A stretch of DNA of 64,000 nt from an uncultured Acidimicrobiia bacterium (GTDB lineage: Bacteria > Acidobacteriota > Terriglobia > Versatilivoradales > Versatilivoraceae), in the NCBI GenBank assembly GCA_963786955.1, contig CAWBAT010000004.1, positions 648,495-712,494 of the forward strand. Direction: 5' to 3'. The notes under the pieces are model-generated. The model saw nothing but the letters and a program-made list of their open reading frames with translations. It had not been told where the DNA came from and did not search any database. The translations under genes were made by a program, and so were the position numbers. Shown here piece by piece: positions 9,213-19,534 of the stretch (its first letter is position 1; each line of letters starts with the position of its first letter).

Positions 9213-10802
9213 TTACTCGCCCAGAGATTCTGGATAAAATCTCGCTGTTGATGTTCCTGATGTATTCAACACGAGGGCCAGATAGCCTTGAGCTGTATCG
9301 AGAGTCCCGCCGATTGTGCCTTGCGTAATATAAGCAAAGCCATGACCAAACCGGAAGTCGCATACGGCTATCAGATACCCAAACTTTTGTGCGCCAAAGG
9401 CTGAGAAAGGCGTAGCATAGGTATCCCCTGGCACGATGACAGACGTTGTTACTGGAGTGGGTGCTACTGGAGCTGCTCCGAAGGTCTGTGGGTAGAAGTA
9501 GAACTTGATCACTCCAGGATCGCCAACGGTCGGAGGATTGATCGCCCCTACGTCATAACCCGTATTGGCAATGGCAATACCTGTGTCATAACCAAAGGAT
9601 GGCAACGAACCCACCCATGGGAACAACAGGTTTGTGACGCAATCGACATACTGGACAACGTCGAATGCTGTCCTAAGCGGGTCGGCAAAACGAGGCAGGG
9701 CTGTGAAAGGACTAGCATCAGGAGGTTGCTCCTGGGCCTGCAAGGCCATAATCGAATTGGGAAGAGTGGACAGGCCTACGCCAATTTGCCCAGCAGCGGG
9801 TGTAGCGCTGCCCGTAAATGTCCAGTTAAAGGTATACGTTTCAACCGTATTGTCGCTTCCTGCCTGCGAGGGGGTGGTGAATGAGTAAAGGGCGTTTTCA
9901 CCATTGGTGGCCTGTGAAACAAGAGTGAGTGCGGACTGCTGGGGGACCGCATTAATGTTCTCATTGCTTGCAACACTAGCCGGCCAGTTAGCCTTCACGC
10001 CAGTTGGCAAACCATTAAAAACAAAATAAACCCAGCTATTTGCGTTCCCCCCGGCTGCTAAGTTTATCGGCGGACCAACTGAGCTCCTGCCATCTGTCGG
10101 CGCAGCAACACCCGCAATCGCCACGTATTGAACCCAGGTAGTCAGTGACTCTTCCTTAACGGTAAAAGCCAAACTGCCTGACGGTTGGCAGATTGGAACC
10201 CTTACTATGGGGTTTCCACTGATGCTAAAGTTGTCCACAACAAAGGCAACTGTTGGGGACGAAGTCACAATGAAATTACTCGATCCGCTAGGAGCTGCGG
10301 TAAACTGGGTAATCACGATGCTCGAAATGGCTCTGCCTATTACACTGGAGCGAATACCCCTAAGTATGATCTGATCATTCGCCGCAGGCGCAGCAGCGGC
10401 ACCAAATCTAATGCTCACCGTCCCGCCGATGCTTGGGACATTGGAGTTGACCGTAACCGTGTAAGCTGGAAAGCCCGCAGTTGTGGTCAGAGACCATCCA
10501 TTCACGCCAACACAAGTCGTGGCACCGCCAGCACAAGCGACATTGGTAGCGGCCTGCGTGGGAGTAATCGCAGATTGAGAGAAGGTAATTGTAACCTGGT
10601 CATTTGTGGCGATTCCCGTCGGGAGTGGACTAGCTGCTACTGATAAAAGAACATCACCCATCACTTCAGCTGCACCGTTCTTTACGGCGTTAAGGGGTGA
10701 AGTCTGGACTTGGTAAGTAATAGCGGCCTGGGCACTCAATGCAAAACCGAGCACCAAGAGCGCGCATACCAATGATGATACTATTGTATTTTTTACTCGC
10801 AT
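9213..10802 (-). CDS. Secreted Thr/Ser/Ala/Gly-rich protein of unknown function (surface-layer or adhesin-like)
   Basis: Start ATG at 10802 is preceded by GAGGAG with a 5-nt spacer. Signal peptide MRVKNTIVSSLVCALLVLGFALSAQA. About 530 aa of low-complexity beta-rich sequence with no recognisable catalytic motif. Confidence 0.6.
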   Translation of the reverse strand: MRVKNTIVSSLVCALLVLGFALSAQAAITYQVQTSPLNAVKNGAAEVMGDVLLSVAASPLPTGIATNDQVTITFSQSAITPTQAATNVACAGGATTCVGVNGWSLTTTAGFPAYTVTVNSNVPSIGGTVSIRFGAAAAPAANDQIILRGIRSSVIGRAISSIVITQFTAAPSGSSNFIVTSSPTVAFVVDNFSISGNPIVRVPICQPSGSLAFTVKEESLTTWVQYVAIAGVAAPTDGRSSVGPPINLAAGGNANSWVYFVFNGLPTGVKANWPASVASNENINAVPQQSALTLVSQATNGENALYSFTTPSQAGSDNTVETYTFNWTFTGSATPAAGQIGVGLSTLPNSIMALQAQEQPPDASPFTALPRFADPLRTAFDVVQYVDCVTNLLFPWVGSLPSFGYDTGIAIANTGYDVGAINPPTVGDPGVIKFYFYPQTFGAAPVAPTPVTTSVIVPGDTYATPFSAFGAQKFGYLIAVCDFRFGHGFAYITQGTIGGTLDTAQGYLALVLNTSGTSTARFYPESLGE

Positions 10803-11475
10803 TTTCTCTCCTCGTTTAAAGTTTAATTCGACAAAACATTCAGATGTGGGGTCCCAACTTCTGTCTTGCAGATACAGCTTGTCAATCAACCGGTTCACTA
10901 AGTATACAACTGAGAAGTGGAATTTGTGTCACCAGCGTTCAAAAATATCTTTTGGTTCCATAACTCTGGCAAACACGCGGAGAATCAGGTGACAGACTAG
11001 ATGTTTTCGTTACACCCTAACTCCGGATATTCTGAAAGACTCTAGATCTCTCACCTCCTTTAGACACCTAATTCATTCCTCTAGATCCAATATTTTTCTT
11101 GGTTAATTTGTTAAGACTATTAAAATAACGCGCTTACGTTAACACCCTGAATTTTTGATGTCAAGATTATTTTTTGGCCTGCACCAGCTTAAATTAATGG
11201 AACCAAAATAGTTGCGCCGGGTTCACTGAGAATTTAACAAAACTCGTCCGGGAGAGTAAAGCTCACCATTTTTGTTCTAGATCAAAGCGTAGTCCAAAAA
11301 CTTTGCTACCGGGAAATTTCACAGTGAAATATTATTCCAATTCAAAATCGAAATGCAACATGAAAATCTTAGGCATGTCTCCCAAACTTCATCGGATCAG
11401 GTACCTTTTCGGATGCAGGCCGAGAAACCTTACAAAAATCTTCACCGGGGGCGTTCAATCATTCTGCATATTCAG

Positions 11476-11750
11476 AATCGTCACCGAGGGCGTTGCCCTC
11501 GGCTACGGTGTTACAAGGCCTTTCAGACCGTTAGTAGCTGGCGGATACCCGTTTTAGCCGGGTCGTTGGTTCCGGCCCAGGATTACCGAGGCTGGTTAAA
11601 ATAACATATGGTAGGACAGGCTCGTCGAGGCCGGCGATGACATTCGGCGGGCACGGCGTGCCCCCCCCAATCAGCTAAGACAATCCCCCCTGCAGGCGGG
11701 ACGCCTGCACCACAAATGTTTTGGTGCGGGCCTTTGGCCTGCACATAGGT
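11476..11750 (+). repeat. Composite palindromic repeat element (same family as 4146-4470 and 14146-14422), partly degenerate
   Basis: Contains ggaatcgtcaCCGAGGGCgttGCCCTCGGctacggtgttacaaggcctttcag, degenerate copies of the tagccgggtcgttgg.../ggtaggacaggctcgtcgaggccggc unit, and caggcgggacgcctgcaccacaa...ttggtgcgggcctttggcctgcac, which matches 4230-4290 in reverse complement. Confidence 0.6.
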
Positions 11751-11783
11751 TTTAATTCCAAACCTATAGGCTCAACGCTCGGT

Positions 11784-14021
11784 TTACTCCATGCGAATAT
11801 TTTTTTTGATCGCTTTTAGCGTAGATTTTAGCTCATCGGTAATTTCCGACGCTTGATCGATGTTCTCAATCACACGGGGTGTAATCAGCACAATCAGTTC
11901 GGTGCGCGTTTTCGTATAGGTGGTAGTCCCAAACAGTAAGCCCACACCCGGAAGGTCTCCCAATAGCGGAATTCGATTTTTCCCGAGTAACCGGCTTTCC
12001 AAAATGATTCCACCAATGGCGATTGTCTCTCCGTCCATGACCGTCACCTGCGTGTTCACAGAACGGATTTGAATTGAGGGAGATTGAATGCCGCTACCAG
12101 GATCCGGCGCAACCGGGCTGCTGACTTCCTGGTTAATCTTAAGGGTCACCCATCCGCTGGAATTAATCCTCGGGGTCACTGTCAGAATGATACCGGTGCT
12201 GCGGTTCTGGATAGTGTTGCTGAATAGGCCCTGACTCCCGGTCCCCCCCGCTATAGTTCCTTGGGAGGTCAGCAAAGGCACCTCCTGCCCGACCTGAATC
12301 CGAGCATCGGTATTGTCTGAAGCAATAACGGTTGGGGCTGACAGAACCCGTGTGTTCTGCTGGCTTTCCTGAGCGTTTAAGAAGACTAATAATTGCTGTG
12401 TGTTCCCGATTAGCATGCCCGTAGCAACGTTCAACCCCGCTTTTAGACTCCCTACGGCGGCAGCCGAAAAGGAGGCGGCGGTAGTACGGTCGGCGGCGTT
12501 TCGTTGAGAAGACAGAAAATACGAGACTCCCATTGACAAAGCACCGGTCAAATCGACTTCGTAGATCTTGGCGTCAATAAACACCTGCTTTGGCACAAGA
12601 TCTAGAGCTCGGATGGTTTCCTGGATCGTCTCATAGTCTTGAGGGCTGCTTTGGACAACGATTGAATTGGTGATTTCATCAGCCACAATCCTGATGTCTC
12701 CACGAAGCAACTTGACCTGACTCCGAGTGACCTCCCCTCCGACCGCACGCGCGGGAGTAGACGCTCCTCCAGGAGTAAAACCCGCTGCGGTGGTTTCGCT
12801 GGATTCAGACTCTGTCGCATAAATCTGAGTCAGCATGGACGCGATGTTTTTAGCGATGCCATTTTGAACTTTATAAACATAGTTTTTGATGCTCATATTT
12901 TCGCCAGGCTGATCAAGCCTTTGAATCCACTTCTCCACTTCCGCAAAGGCGGTGGTACTGGGACTCACGACCAGGATGGCATTGATCCGGTCAATCGGAA
13001 GAAACCGAATGGCAGAATCTTTTTTCGATAGAGCGTAGGCAGCGAAAACATTCTCGAGCTCGGAAGCCAAATCCTTAGCCCGATTGTTCTTGACAGGGAA
13101 CAACTGCACTCTCTTATTCTGGAATACATCCGCATCAAAAATGCTGACCAATTCCAACAGCCGCTTCAAATTCATGGCGGTTTCCGTGAGGATCAGGATG
13201 TTCCCTCCTTCATGGACCACCATACTCCCGCTTTCCGAAAGATAAGGTTCCAATACCTTTGACATATCTTTAGCTGAAACGAAACGCATGGGTATCACTT
13301 GCATGATTCGATCGGCATTTCCCGCGCGAGCGTCGGGCTGGCTGTCTGTCCGAATCGGGACTGGAAGTTGTTTGACATCAGAGCGAGGCACAATCTGATA
13401 AAAGTTGCCCGTTTTTACAATCGCGGCCCCATTCAGTCTTAAGATCGTTTCAAGCAGTGGAATTAAATCTTCGCGCCTGACTTCCCCCATCGTGCTGATG
13501 GTGGCCACCCCTTTCACCTTGGGGTCAACAACATAATTGATCTTGAGCTCATTCCCAATAATGTTGATGACCTGGTTAAGATCTGCCTGGAACAGCTGCA
13601 ACTTCACATTGGACGGAGTTCCCGGGACCTCGGCAGGTACCGGAGGATTAGGGGTACTCGTCGGGATTGGAGAGGGAGCGGGAGGACTGGTCTGAGGGCC
13701 GGGAGCGGTTCCTGCGGCAGGAGGAGTAGTCTCGGCTGCCGATGAGGCCGTATGAGCGTCTGAAGGCTGCCCGGTCTTCTTCAATACCTTCATGGGGCCA
13801 TAAGGCGTTTGGACCTCTATGGTTTCATCCTGGCCGTTCGGTGGCACAGCACTGTCGGCAGACTTTGGCGGGAGCGTTGGATTCTCGGCCGGAGTTGTCT
13901 CTCCTGCTTTTTTCTCCTTCGTGGCCGATTCCTGGCCTTGCAGCATAGGCTGAACGCAGAACTGCAAAGAGATTAGAAGAGCTAACCATGTACATCTAAA
14001 GCGTGACGGATTCTTGTTCAT
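11784..14021 (-). CDS. gspD: Type II secretion system secretin GspD
   Basis: 745 aa. Signal peptide, then a Pro/Thr/Ser-rich linker, N-domains and the secretin C-domain (...VLSAPTVIASDNTDARIQVGQEVP...GETIAIGGII...RIPLLGDLPGVGLLFG). Confidence 0.85.
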   Translation of the reverse strand: MNKNPSRFRCTWLALLISLQFCVQPMLQGQESATKEKKAGETTPAENPTLPPKSADSAVPPNGQDETIEVQTPYGPMKVLKKTGQPSDAHTASSAAETTPPAAGTAPGPQTSPPAPSPIPTSTPNPPVPAEVPGTPSNVKLQLFQADLNQVINIIGNELKINYVVDPKVKGVATISTMGEVRREDLIPLLETILRLNGAAIVKTGNFYQIVPRSDVKQLPVPIRTDSQPDARAGNADRIMQVIPMRFVSAKDMSKVLEPYLSESGSMVVHEGGNILILTETAMNLKRLLELVSIFDADVFQNKRVQLFPVKNNRAKDLASELENVFAAYALSKKDSAIRFLPIDRINAILVVSPSTTAFAEVEKWIQRLDQPGENMSIKNYVYKVQNGIAKNIASMLTQIYATESESSETTAAGFTPGGASTPARAVGGEVTRSQVKLLRGDIRIVADEITNSIVVQSSPQDYETIQETIRALDLVPKQVFIDAKIYEVDLTGALSMGVSYFLSSQRNAADRTTAASFSAAAVGSLKAGLNVATGMLIGNTQQLLVFLNAQESQQNTRVLSAPTVIASDNTDARIQVGQEVPLLTSQGTIAGGTGSQGLFSNTIQNRSTGIILTVTPRINSSGWVTLKINQEVSSPVAPDPGSGIQSPSIQIRSVNTQVTVMDGETIAIGGIILESRLLGKNRIPLLGDLPGVGLLFGTTTYTKTRTELIVLITPRVIENIDQASEITDELKSTLKAIKKNIRME

Positions 14022-14145
14022 CGGGTTCTATGTTTCCTGAATAGAAAGTGTTGATTGCCGGTTTCTGAGCTTCCCTACTTTTCCTCGACGTGAAGTTCCT
14101 TCGTACTCCCTTAGTGCTGCATTTCATCAATACGGTGGCGTTCCT

Positions 14146-14422
14146 TTTGGGTAGGGCGGTCTCGCTGAGACGGCCGCAGTTTGTGTTGCCCTTACAGGAA
14201 TCGCCACCGAGGGCGTTGCCCTCGGCTACGGTGTTAAAAGGCCTTTCAGCCCGTTAGCTCGCCGCAGACATTCGGCGCCCAAATTTGTGTTGCCCTTACA
14301 GGGCAACGGACATTTTGGAACCGGAACCGAGGGCGTTGCCCTCGGCTACGGTGTCAAAAGGCCTTTCAGGCCGTAAGCTCACCGCAGACATTCGGCGCGC
14401 TCGGGGAGCGCGCCCTACCATG
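14146..14422 (+). repeat. MITE-like element with structural terminal inverted repeats flanking two tandem ~113-bp internal units
   Basis: Left end is GGTAGGGCGGTCTCgctGAGACgGCC; right end is GCGCGCTCgggGAGCGCGCCCTACC. These are hairpin plus GGTAGG / CCTACC in inverted configuration. Inside are two copies of ttgtgttgcccttacagggcaac...CCGAGGGCgttGCCCTCGG...cctttcag..ccgt.agctc.ccgcagacattcggcg. Confidence 0.7.
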
Positions 14423-14456
14423 AATCCCACAATAGCTAAAGCACTACACTTCTGTT

Positions 14457-15212
14457 TCATTTATCCCTGGTATAAATCGTAAAAGGACCAAAAGGCGAAG
14501 GAATACTTCTCTTTACCTTGCCATCGACAACGGCTCCCACAGGAGCCTGGTCGCTGGAGGCTTGGGGGGGCGGATTTGGAACATTCGCTGCAGTGGTACG
14601 AGCGGAATCCGCACCCGAATCGATTGAAGTGACTCTAGCCGCGTTTCCAGAGCCAGTGGTGGGCTGGCTGGGGGCGGTGACAGGTAGTTCCCGGGCCACC
14701 AGTTTGGCCGGCTCGCTAAGGGGAATTTCAAGTTCCTTTCCACCGATGCTCATCGTCACCTTTTGGTCGAGGAACTTTATCAAGGTATATCCGTCGATGG
14801 TGTCCCCAATCCTCAGTTGCCTATAGCCCCGGCTATCCTTGGCATCGGCAGGAAGCATCAAAGCCAAATCCTGCCCGCCAAATCCCAAAATTCCGGTGAG
14901 GATCGGCTTGGGTTTATTGACGACAGACGCCTCTGGATCCTGTGGAATGACATTGTTTCGGTCTAGCGCAAAAAGGTTGTTATCGACGATCGCCACATAG
15001 CTCGCCACCGGGACAGGTTTTGCACCGGTGTTCTGCGCCACCGAAGCGCCATCGGGTTTTGGGTTGAAAATCGACAGATTATGGCTGGCCCAAAATTGAT
15101 TCCTCTGGCGGTTCAAATAGAGGAACATCAGTAGGGCGGTTCCGACTAGCAATAGATCGAGGAGTATTAAGTTTTTTCTTTTCGTCATAAGAGGGTCCCA
15201 GTAAAAACCCAA
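14457..15212 (-). CDS. T2SS inner-membrane component, GspC/PilP-like (single TM plus periplasmic domain)
   Basis: 251 aa. N-terminal TM helix LILLDLLLVGTALLMFLYL, periplasmic beta-rich domain and Pro/Ser/Thr-rich tail. The assignment rests on position in the operon between gspM and gspD. Confidence 0.45.
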   Translation of the reverse strand: MGFYWDPLMTKRKNLILLDLLLVGTALLMFLYLNRQRNQFWASHNLSIFNPKPDGASVAQNTGAKPVPVASYVAIVDNNLFALDRNNVIPQDPEASVVNKPKPILTGILGFGGQDLALMLPADAKDSRGYRQLRIGDTIDGYTLIKFLDQKVTMSIGGKELEIPLSEPAKLVARELPVTAPSQPTTGSGNAARVTSIDSGADSARTTAANVPNPPPQASSDQAPVGAVVDGKVKRSIPSPFGPFTIYTRDK

Positions 15213-15232
15213 ATTAGGAATAGATACCTCAT

Positions 15233-15853
15233 TTAAGATTTCTTGGCTGGCGGAGTGCTGTCCGGCTGCGCCCGTTTCAACCCCGAGATCATTAAGCTGG
15301 TGGATACTTGTTTGTTCTTCAGATTGTTTGTTTCCATCGGCAAAATTCTCAGCTCTTCAATGAAGAGAATTTGGGGAGCCGTTTCAAGCCCGGTCAGCAA
15401 TGCGACCACCTGGTCCAGGTTTCCCGTCATCTCGATATGCGTCGAGACCTTGCTGTACTCAGGACTCACATTTTTGACAGGTAATATGTCGCTGCGACGA
15501 AAATTGAGCCCTTTGGCCCGAACCATCTCTTTGATTAATCCCTGCAATTCGGCATTAGCCAGGGCATCAATACTGTTTTCGAGAAGACCCATCTCCGCGG
15601 AAACCAGCTGTCGCTGCGTCTCGTCAAGAGCAGCCCTTACAGAATCCTGTCCGCGCAAAAGGCGTCGATAATTGGTTAAGCGCTTAGCGTGGATCGCGAT
15701 CTTTTCCGCCATTGCAGACGAAGAATCCAAGTAGGGAAACAAGAATGAATTCGCCACGTAATAGACGAGAATACTGGCGAGGGCCATCGCAACCAGCCAC
15801 TTTTCTCTATTCGATACCTTGATGCTCTTCAAATACCTCAAAAACTCCATCAC
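15233..15853 (-). CDS. gspM: T2SS GspM / PilO-like protein
   Basis: 206 aa. One N-terminal TM helix (WLVAMALASILVYYVANSFLF), then a coiled-coil and a periplasmic domain. The position after gspL is typical. Confidence 0.5.
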   Translation of the reverse strand: MMEFLRYLKSIKVSNREKWLVAMALASILVYYVANSFLFPYLDSSSAMAEKIAIHAKRLTNYRRLLRGQDSVRAALDETQRQLVSAEMGLLENSIDALANAELQGLIKEMVRAKGLNFRRSDILPVKNVSPEYSKVSTHIEMTGNLDQVVALLTGLETAPQILFIEELRILPMETNNLKNKQVSTSLMISGLKRAQPDSTPPAKKS

Positions 15854-16040
15854 ACCCCCGCTGGTTCATCAAAAAGCTGCAAAAGACGATCCGAATTCAT
15901 GCTCTTTCAGTAACTAAACTAATTCAAACAAATTAGTTGTGGTCGGCCACTAAAGCCACCCCCCAGTATTTCCCCCTTGGCAAGGGGGGACTTGAGCGAG
16001 GTCGATGTCCGAATTGCAACGTGAGATTAATGCGCTAGTC

Positions 16041-17522
16041 CTAGTTCTGGCCAATGGTCGCCCCTAAGTTCTTCACGGCTGAGGAAGCAGCAGGGCTGGG
16101 AACCAACGAGGCCTGCGGCAAAACCTCGACTTGCATTCGAATTCTAAATTGTTCTTTTCCACCACTGTCTCGAGTGATTGGAGCGGCAAATTCTGCATTC
16201 TTGAAATAGGGCGAACCATCCAGGATCTTAGGCAGCGTCGCTGCGTCATCGGATGCTCCATTAATCTCGATGAGCTGATCTTTGATACTGAACTGTAAAA
16301 CATAACTATTCTTAGGCAAGACAACCGAAAGCTCATTTAAAGCGCCTAAAACCAAGCTATTGGATCTCCGGAAATTCGACAAGAGCTCGCTGCGCCGTTG
16401 CAGATCGGCCAGTTGGGACTCCACCGACCGGACCTTCTTCACCTCGGGTTCCAGTCGGGTAACCTCCCGTCCAAGTTGTCTGGCATAAATGTATTGTTGC
16501 ACCGTCCCTCGCATGCCGAGGCAAAGCAACAGGACCAAGTTGATTCCTAACAAAGCATAGGCCGAGGTCCAGGCCCAACGGGACTTTTGGGGGCGCTCTT
16601 CGGGCGGCAAGAGGTTGATAGGAATAGGATTCTTCCTTTCGAGCCCCGATCGCGCCGCCGATATAGGAAGGAAATATTCACTGAACTTCTGGTTGTCGAG
16701 TATCTTGCCGGATAATTCAAAACCCAGGGGTGTTAATCCTGAAATCCGATGGATCTTTAACCTTCCCTCCGCAGTCTCGACATCCCGCATTTTTTCTGTG
16801 CGGCCGACAAGGAAGATATCCAGCGGAACAGCATCTGGCACTGGAACCTGTTCGCGAAAAACCTCGACCTCCGCTTTGAAGCTTTCAACGAGTTCCTCGT
16901 CAGTTGAAAACTGAATCGTACGTGATTGATGGATTGATTTGTTCACGAATCCGACCAGTTCCGCCTGTTGCTCGCTCACATAGGCCAACAATGCGACAGA
17001 AAGCTGAAATTGTTGCGGCAGGAGAAGATAGTAATTGCTGATCACCACACTTGAGGGAATGATCCGGTCCAGTTTCAAACCAAATGCTCTACAAACGCCC
17101 AAGCCTCGTTGCAGCACGGACCTTAAGACCACAAAAATAGTGACCCCAATGGTCTTCACATCCGCCTTGTTTTTCGATACAAAAAAGTCATAAGCTACGC
17201 TGGCCTCATCGGTAGGCAGCAACCCCGCCAATTGGTACTCGACTACCTTCACCAAGTTCGATTCCGCCTCGGCAGGAAGTTTGATCTGCCGCACAACACT
17301 ATCGCTCCGGGGAATCACCAATACAGATCGGCACCCAGTTGCTTTGTTCTTTTGAATGAGCCCGGCAATTTGCTTTTGAATCTCGGATGGGGGCTTTTCG
17401 GCGAACTTGTCAATCGAAAGACCCTCGATCCAGGTGATCTTCTTGAATCGGCGGGACAATAAGGCCAATCGGAGTGTCTCTCCGTCAATAAAGATGCCCA
17501 AACTGTGCTTGCTCATGACCAT
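16041..17522 (-). CDS. gspL: T2SS GspL-like protein (PilM-like cytoplasmic actin-fold domain fused to a PilN-like TM and periplasmic region)
   Basis: 493 aa. The N-terminal roughly 300 aa are cytoplasmic. The TM helix WAWTSAYALLGINLVLLLCLGM lies at about residue 310, followed by coiled-coil and periplasmic segments. Confidence 0.6.
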   Translation of the reverse strand: MVMSKHSLGIFIDGETLRLALLSRRFKKITWIEGLSIDKFAEKPPSEIQKQIAGLIQKNKATGCRSVLVIPRSDSVVRQIKLPAEAESNLVKVVEYQLAGLLPTDEASVAYDFFVSKNKADVKTIGVTIFVVLRSVLQRGLGVCRAFGLKLDRIIPSSVVISNYYLLLPQQFQLSVALLAYVSEQQAELVGFVNKSIHQSRTIQFSTDEELVESFKAEVEVFREQVPVPDAVPLDIFLVGRTEKMRDVETAEGRLKIHRISGLTPLGFELSGKILDNQKFSEYFLPISAARSGLERKNPIPINLLPPEERPQKSRWAWTSAYALLGINLVLLLCLGMRGTVQQYIYARQLGREVTRLEPEVKKVRSVESQLADLQRRSELLSNFRRSNSLVLGALNELSVVLPKNSYVLQFSIKDQLIEINGASDDAATLPKILDGSPYFKNAEFAAPITRDSGGKEQFRIRMQVEVLPQASLVPSPAASSAVKNLGATIGQN

Positions 17523-17559
17523 TGTCTTGTGAAAATCGTCGGTATCGTTTTTTTAGTTG

Positions 17560-17650
17560 TAGCCGGGGTCGTTGACCCCGGCCCCGGCCTCACCGAGGCC
17601 GGCTACAACCGGCCTGGATATTTGGCGCGCTCTGCGAGCGCGCCCTACCT
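17560..17650 (+). repeat. Single-copy palindromic repeat unit (same family as the tandem array), between gspL and gspK
   Basis: tagCCGGGGTCgttGACCCCGG, GCCGGCCTCaccGAGGCCGGC, then GCGCGCTCtgcGAGCGCGCCCTACC. Confidence 0.6.
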
Positions 17651-17801
17651 TCATTCCCCTAATAACTAATGCACGACTGAGCAAAGAGGTTTTCATTGGC
17701 CACCCTCATTAGCCTCAGGTAGCCGGCTCCAGTTCAGAACCCGTTCAGCCGGCCAGTACTCGTCGTACCAGATGAGCTTTTCATGCTTCTGCTTAAGCGT
17801 A

Positions 17802-18701
17802 TCATCGAACTTGACCACCGCTTTGACGCTCCGGCCAGCCTGAATTCTTCAAAAACGCCGTAGCGACAATACTGTAGGTTCCCGAAACGCTGCTTGAAAG
17901 CAGAGCCACTGACTCTCCAGGTATCGAAGCGGGAATCCGTTGAGACAGGTCGCTCATGCTCTTGATTGCATCTTTTTCTCTGGCGAGCACGATGGAGTTC
18001 GCGATATGCATATCCATACCCGGTAGGGCCGCTATGGCTTCAGGTTCAGCGTAGTTTATATTGATCAGGGGTGCGCCTGTGTAGACGGTGACATACTCCG
18101 CCAATCCCCTCCCCAATCCAACAGTACCGTTTGGGCTTCTTCGCGGGCCTCCGTATAAAATCTCTCGGGTCATTCCTTTGACCTGCAGGAGTTCTTCCAC
18201 AGAACGAAACTGCCGGGTTTTCTCAGTGACAGCTTCAGGGGAATCTTCCTGATCCTGACCTCGCCATTTCATGATCGATTTTGCCAGAAGAACGCTCAGA
18301 TGCGGGTCCACGCCAATGTTTCCCATAAGTCTTTCCAGGGCTGGCTCATTTGAAAAATTCAGGTCCATTTTTCCAGCTTCATCCAGTACAGCCACATGAC
18401 AGTCAATCTCCGGGCTATGCATCCAGTAATGACTCATGCCGTCTGCGTAAGGTGGAAGTTTCTTTTGCCCCACTTTGTCCAGCTCGGGATAGACCATCTG
18501 ATAGACAACGGCTTCCAGTGCGCCTCGTGCATAAAAATAAGCTTTCTCGCTTTCTTCCGCGGCCCTAGCCATGCTCATTTCTGCCCTCACCGTGGATGCC
18601 AGGTTCAGAGCGAGCAGAGATAAGGCCGCGAGCACCCAGAGGAGGGTGATGAGCACAAACCCTTGTGTCTGACCAAACTTTTCGTCGCTCCGGCTTCTCA
18701 C
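17802..18701 (-). CDS. gspK: T2SS minor pseudopilin GspK
   Basis: N-terminal GFVLITLLWVLAALSLLALNL is the GspK hallmark. The long track ORF (to 18860) overlaps gspJ by 75 nt. A GTG at 18701 preceded by AAGGAG gives a non-overlapping start just before GFVLI. The start call is inferential. Confidence 0.6.
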   Translation of the reverse strand: MRSRSDEKFGQTQGFVLITLLWVLAALSLLALNLASTVRAEMSMARAAEESEKAYFYARGALEAVVYQMVYPELDKVGQKKLPPYADGMSHYWMHSPEIDCHVAVLDEAGKMDLNFSNEPALERLMGNIGVDPHLSVLLAKSIMKWRGQDQEDSPEAVTEKTRQFRSVEELLQVKGMTREILYGGPRRSPNGTVGLGRGLAEYVTVYTGAPLININYAEPEAIAALPGMDMHIANSIVLAREKDAIKSMSDLSQRIPASIPGESVALLSSSVSGTYSIVATAFLKNSGWPERQSGGQVR

Positions 18702-18784
18702 TTGGATTGCTGTCTCCTTGTAAGAGCAATTGAAAAACTGATGATAAAAGCCAATGCGTCTGCTCCTCTTCGCTTCCGCGGGAC

Positions 18785-19534
18785 TTACGAGACGGTAGTT
18801 GAGTGAACGGGGATCGCAATGGAGAGATCCCTGGCCCCCAGCAATCCAGGCTCGCTCCAACGCAATCTGATCCCGATTCCCTGCGGCAATAAGTCTCTTG
18901 ACGGACCCGGAGCGGTTGCACCTTCCAACTGCGGCCTGATATAGCTGAATTGAATACTCTCCAGATCTTCCAGAAGGGTGCGAGAATTCGTCCGGACGGA
19001 GAACTCACGAAAAGCCACCACCGGAAAATTGTCATTACCTAATGAAATGTCATGAATCATCGAGTGGCCTATCGTGACATCATCGGGTAATCCTGTCTCG
19101 CTTAGGACTAACGTCTTCTTAATGTGGTCACCCTGTCTTGAACTGGACACAAAATATTCTACGAAGTGAAATCCGCCGGCATTTCGCGATTGCGAAGAAA
19201 AAGTGGTCACGAATCGTATCCCCGATTCTGTGCCTTGAAAAATGAGCACTTTAACAGTTGAATCTTTGAGTTTCTGCGGAGAGATATAGGCGACCATCGA
19301 GCCCAGTTGCCGGTCGAGTAAGTCGAAGGTTGCCTGGGTGGTTCTAATCCGCTCCAAGCCGGTTTCCCCTTTTGCCCAGGCACTCGTTCCAATTCGGAAA
19401 CCAAAGAGTATCGCCAACATCAAAAAACCTACGATGGTCATGCTGACGAGCAACTCGATGAGGGTAAATCCCGAGTTCACCCTGATCGCAGACTGAGGGG
19501 TAATCAATTGGTCCTTAACTTTTTTGAGAACCAT
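18785..19534 (-). CDS. gspJ: T2SS minor pseudopilin GspJ
   Basis: Prepilin peptidase site ...RVNSG|FTLIELLVSM, followed by a hydrophobic helix. Confidence 0.6.
   Translation of the reverse strand: MVLKKVKDQLITPQSAIRVNSGFTLIELLVSMTIVGFLMLAILFGFRIGTSAWAKGETGLERIRTTQATFDLLDRQLGSMVAYISPQKLKDSTVKVLIFQGTESGIRFVTTFSSQSRNAGGFHFVEYFVSSSRQGDHIKKTLVLSETGLPDDVTIGHSMIHDISLGNDNFPVVAFREFSVRTNSRTLLEDLESIQFSYIRPQLEGATAPGPSRDLLPQGIGIRLRWSEPGLLGARDLSIAIPVHSTTVS

Noticed and set aside
18565-19035. 156-aa ORF overlapping gspJ/gspK in another frame
   Set aside because: Both overlapped genes have clear pseudopilin signatures; this is a shadow ORF.
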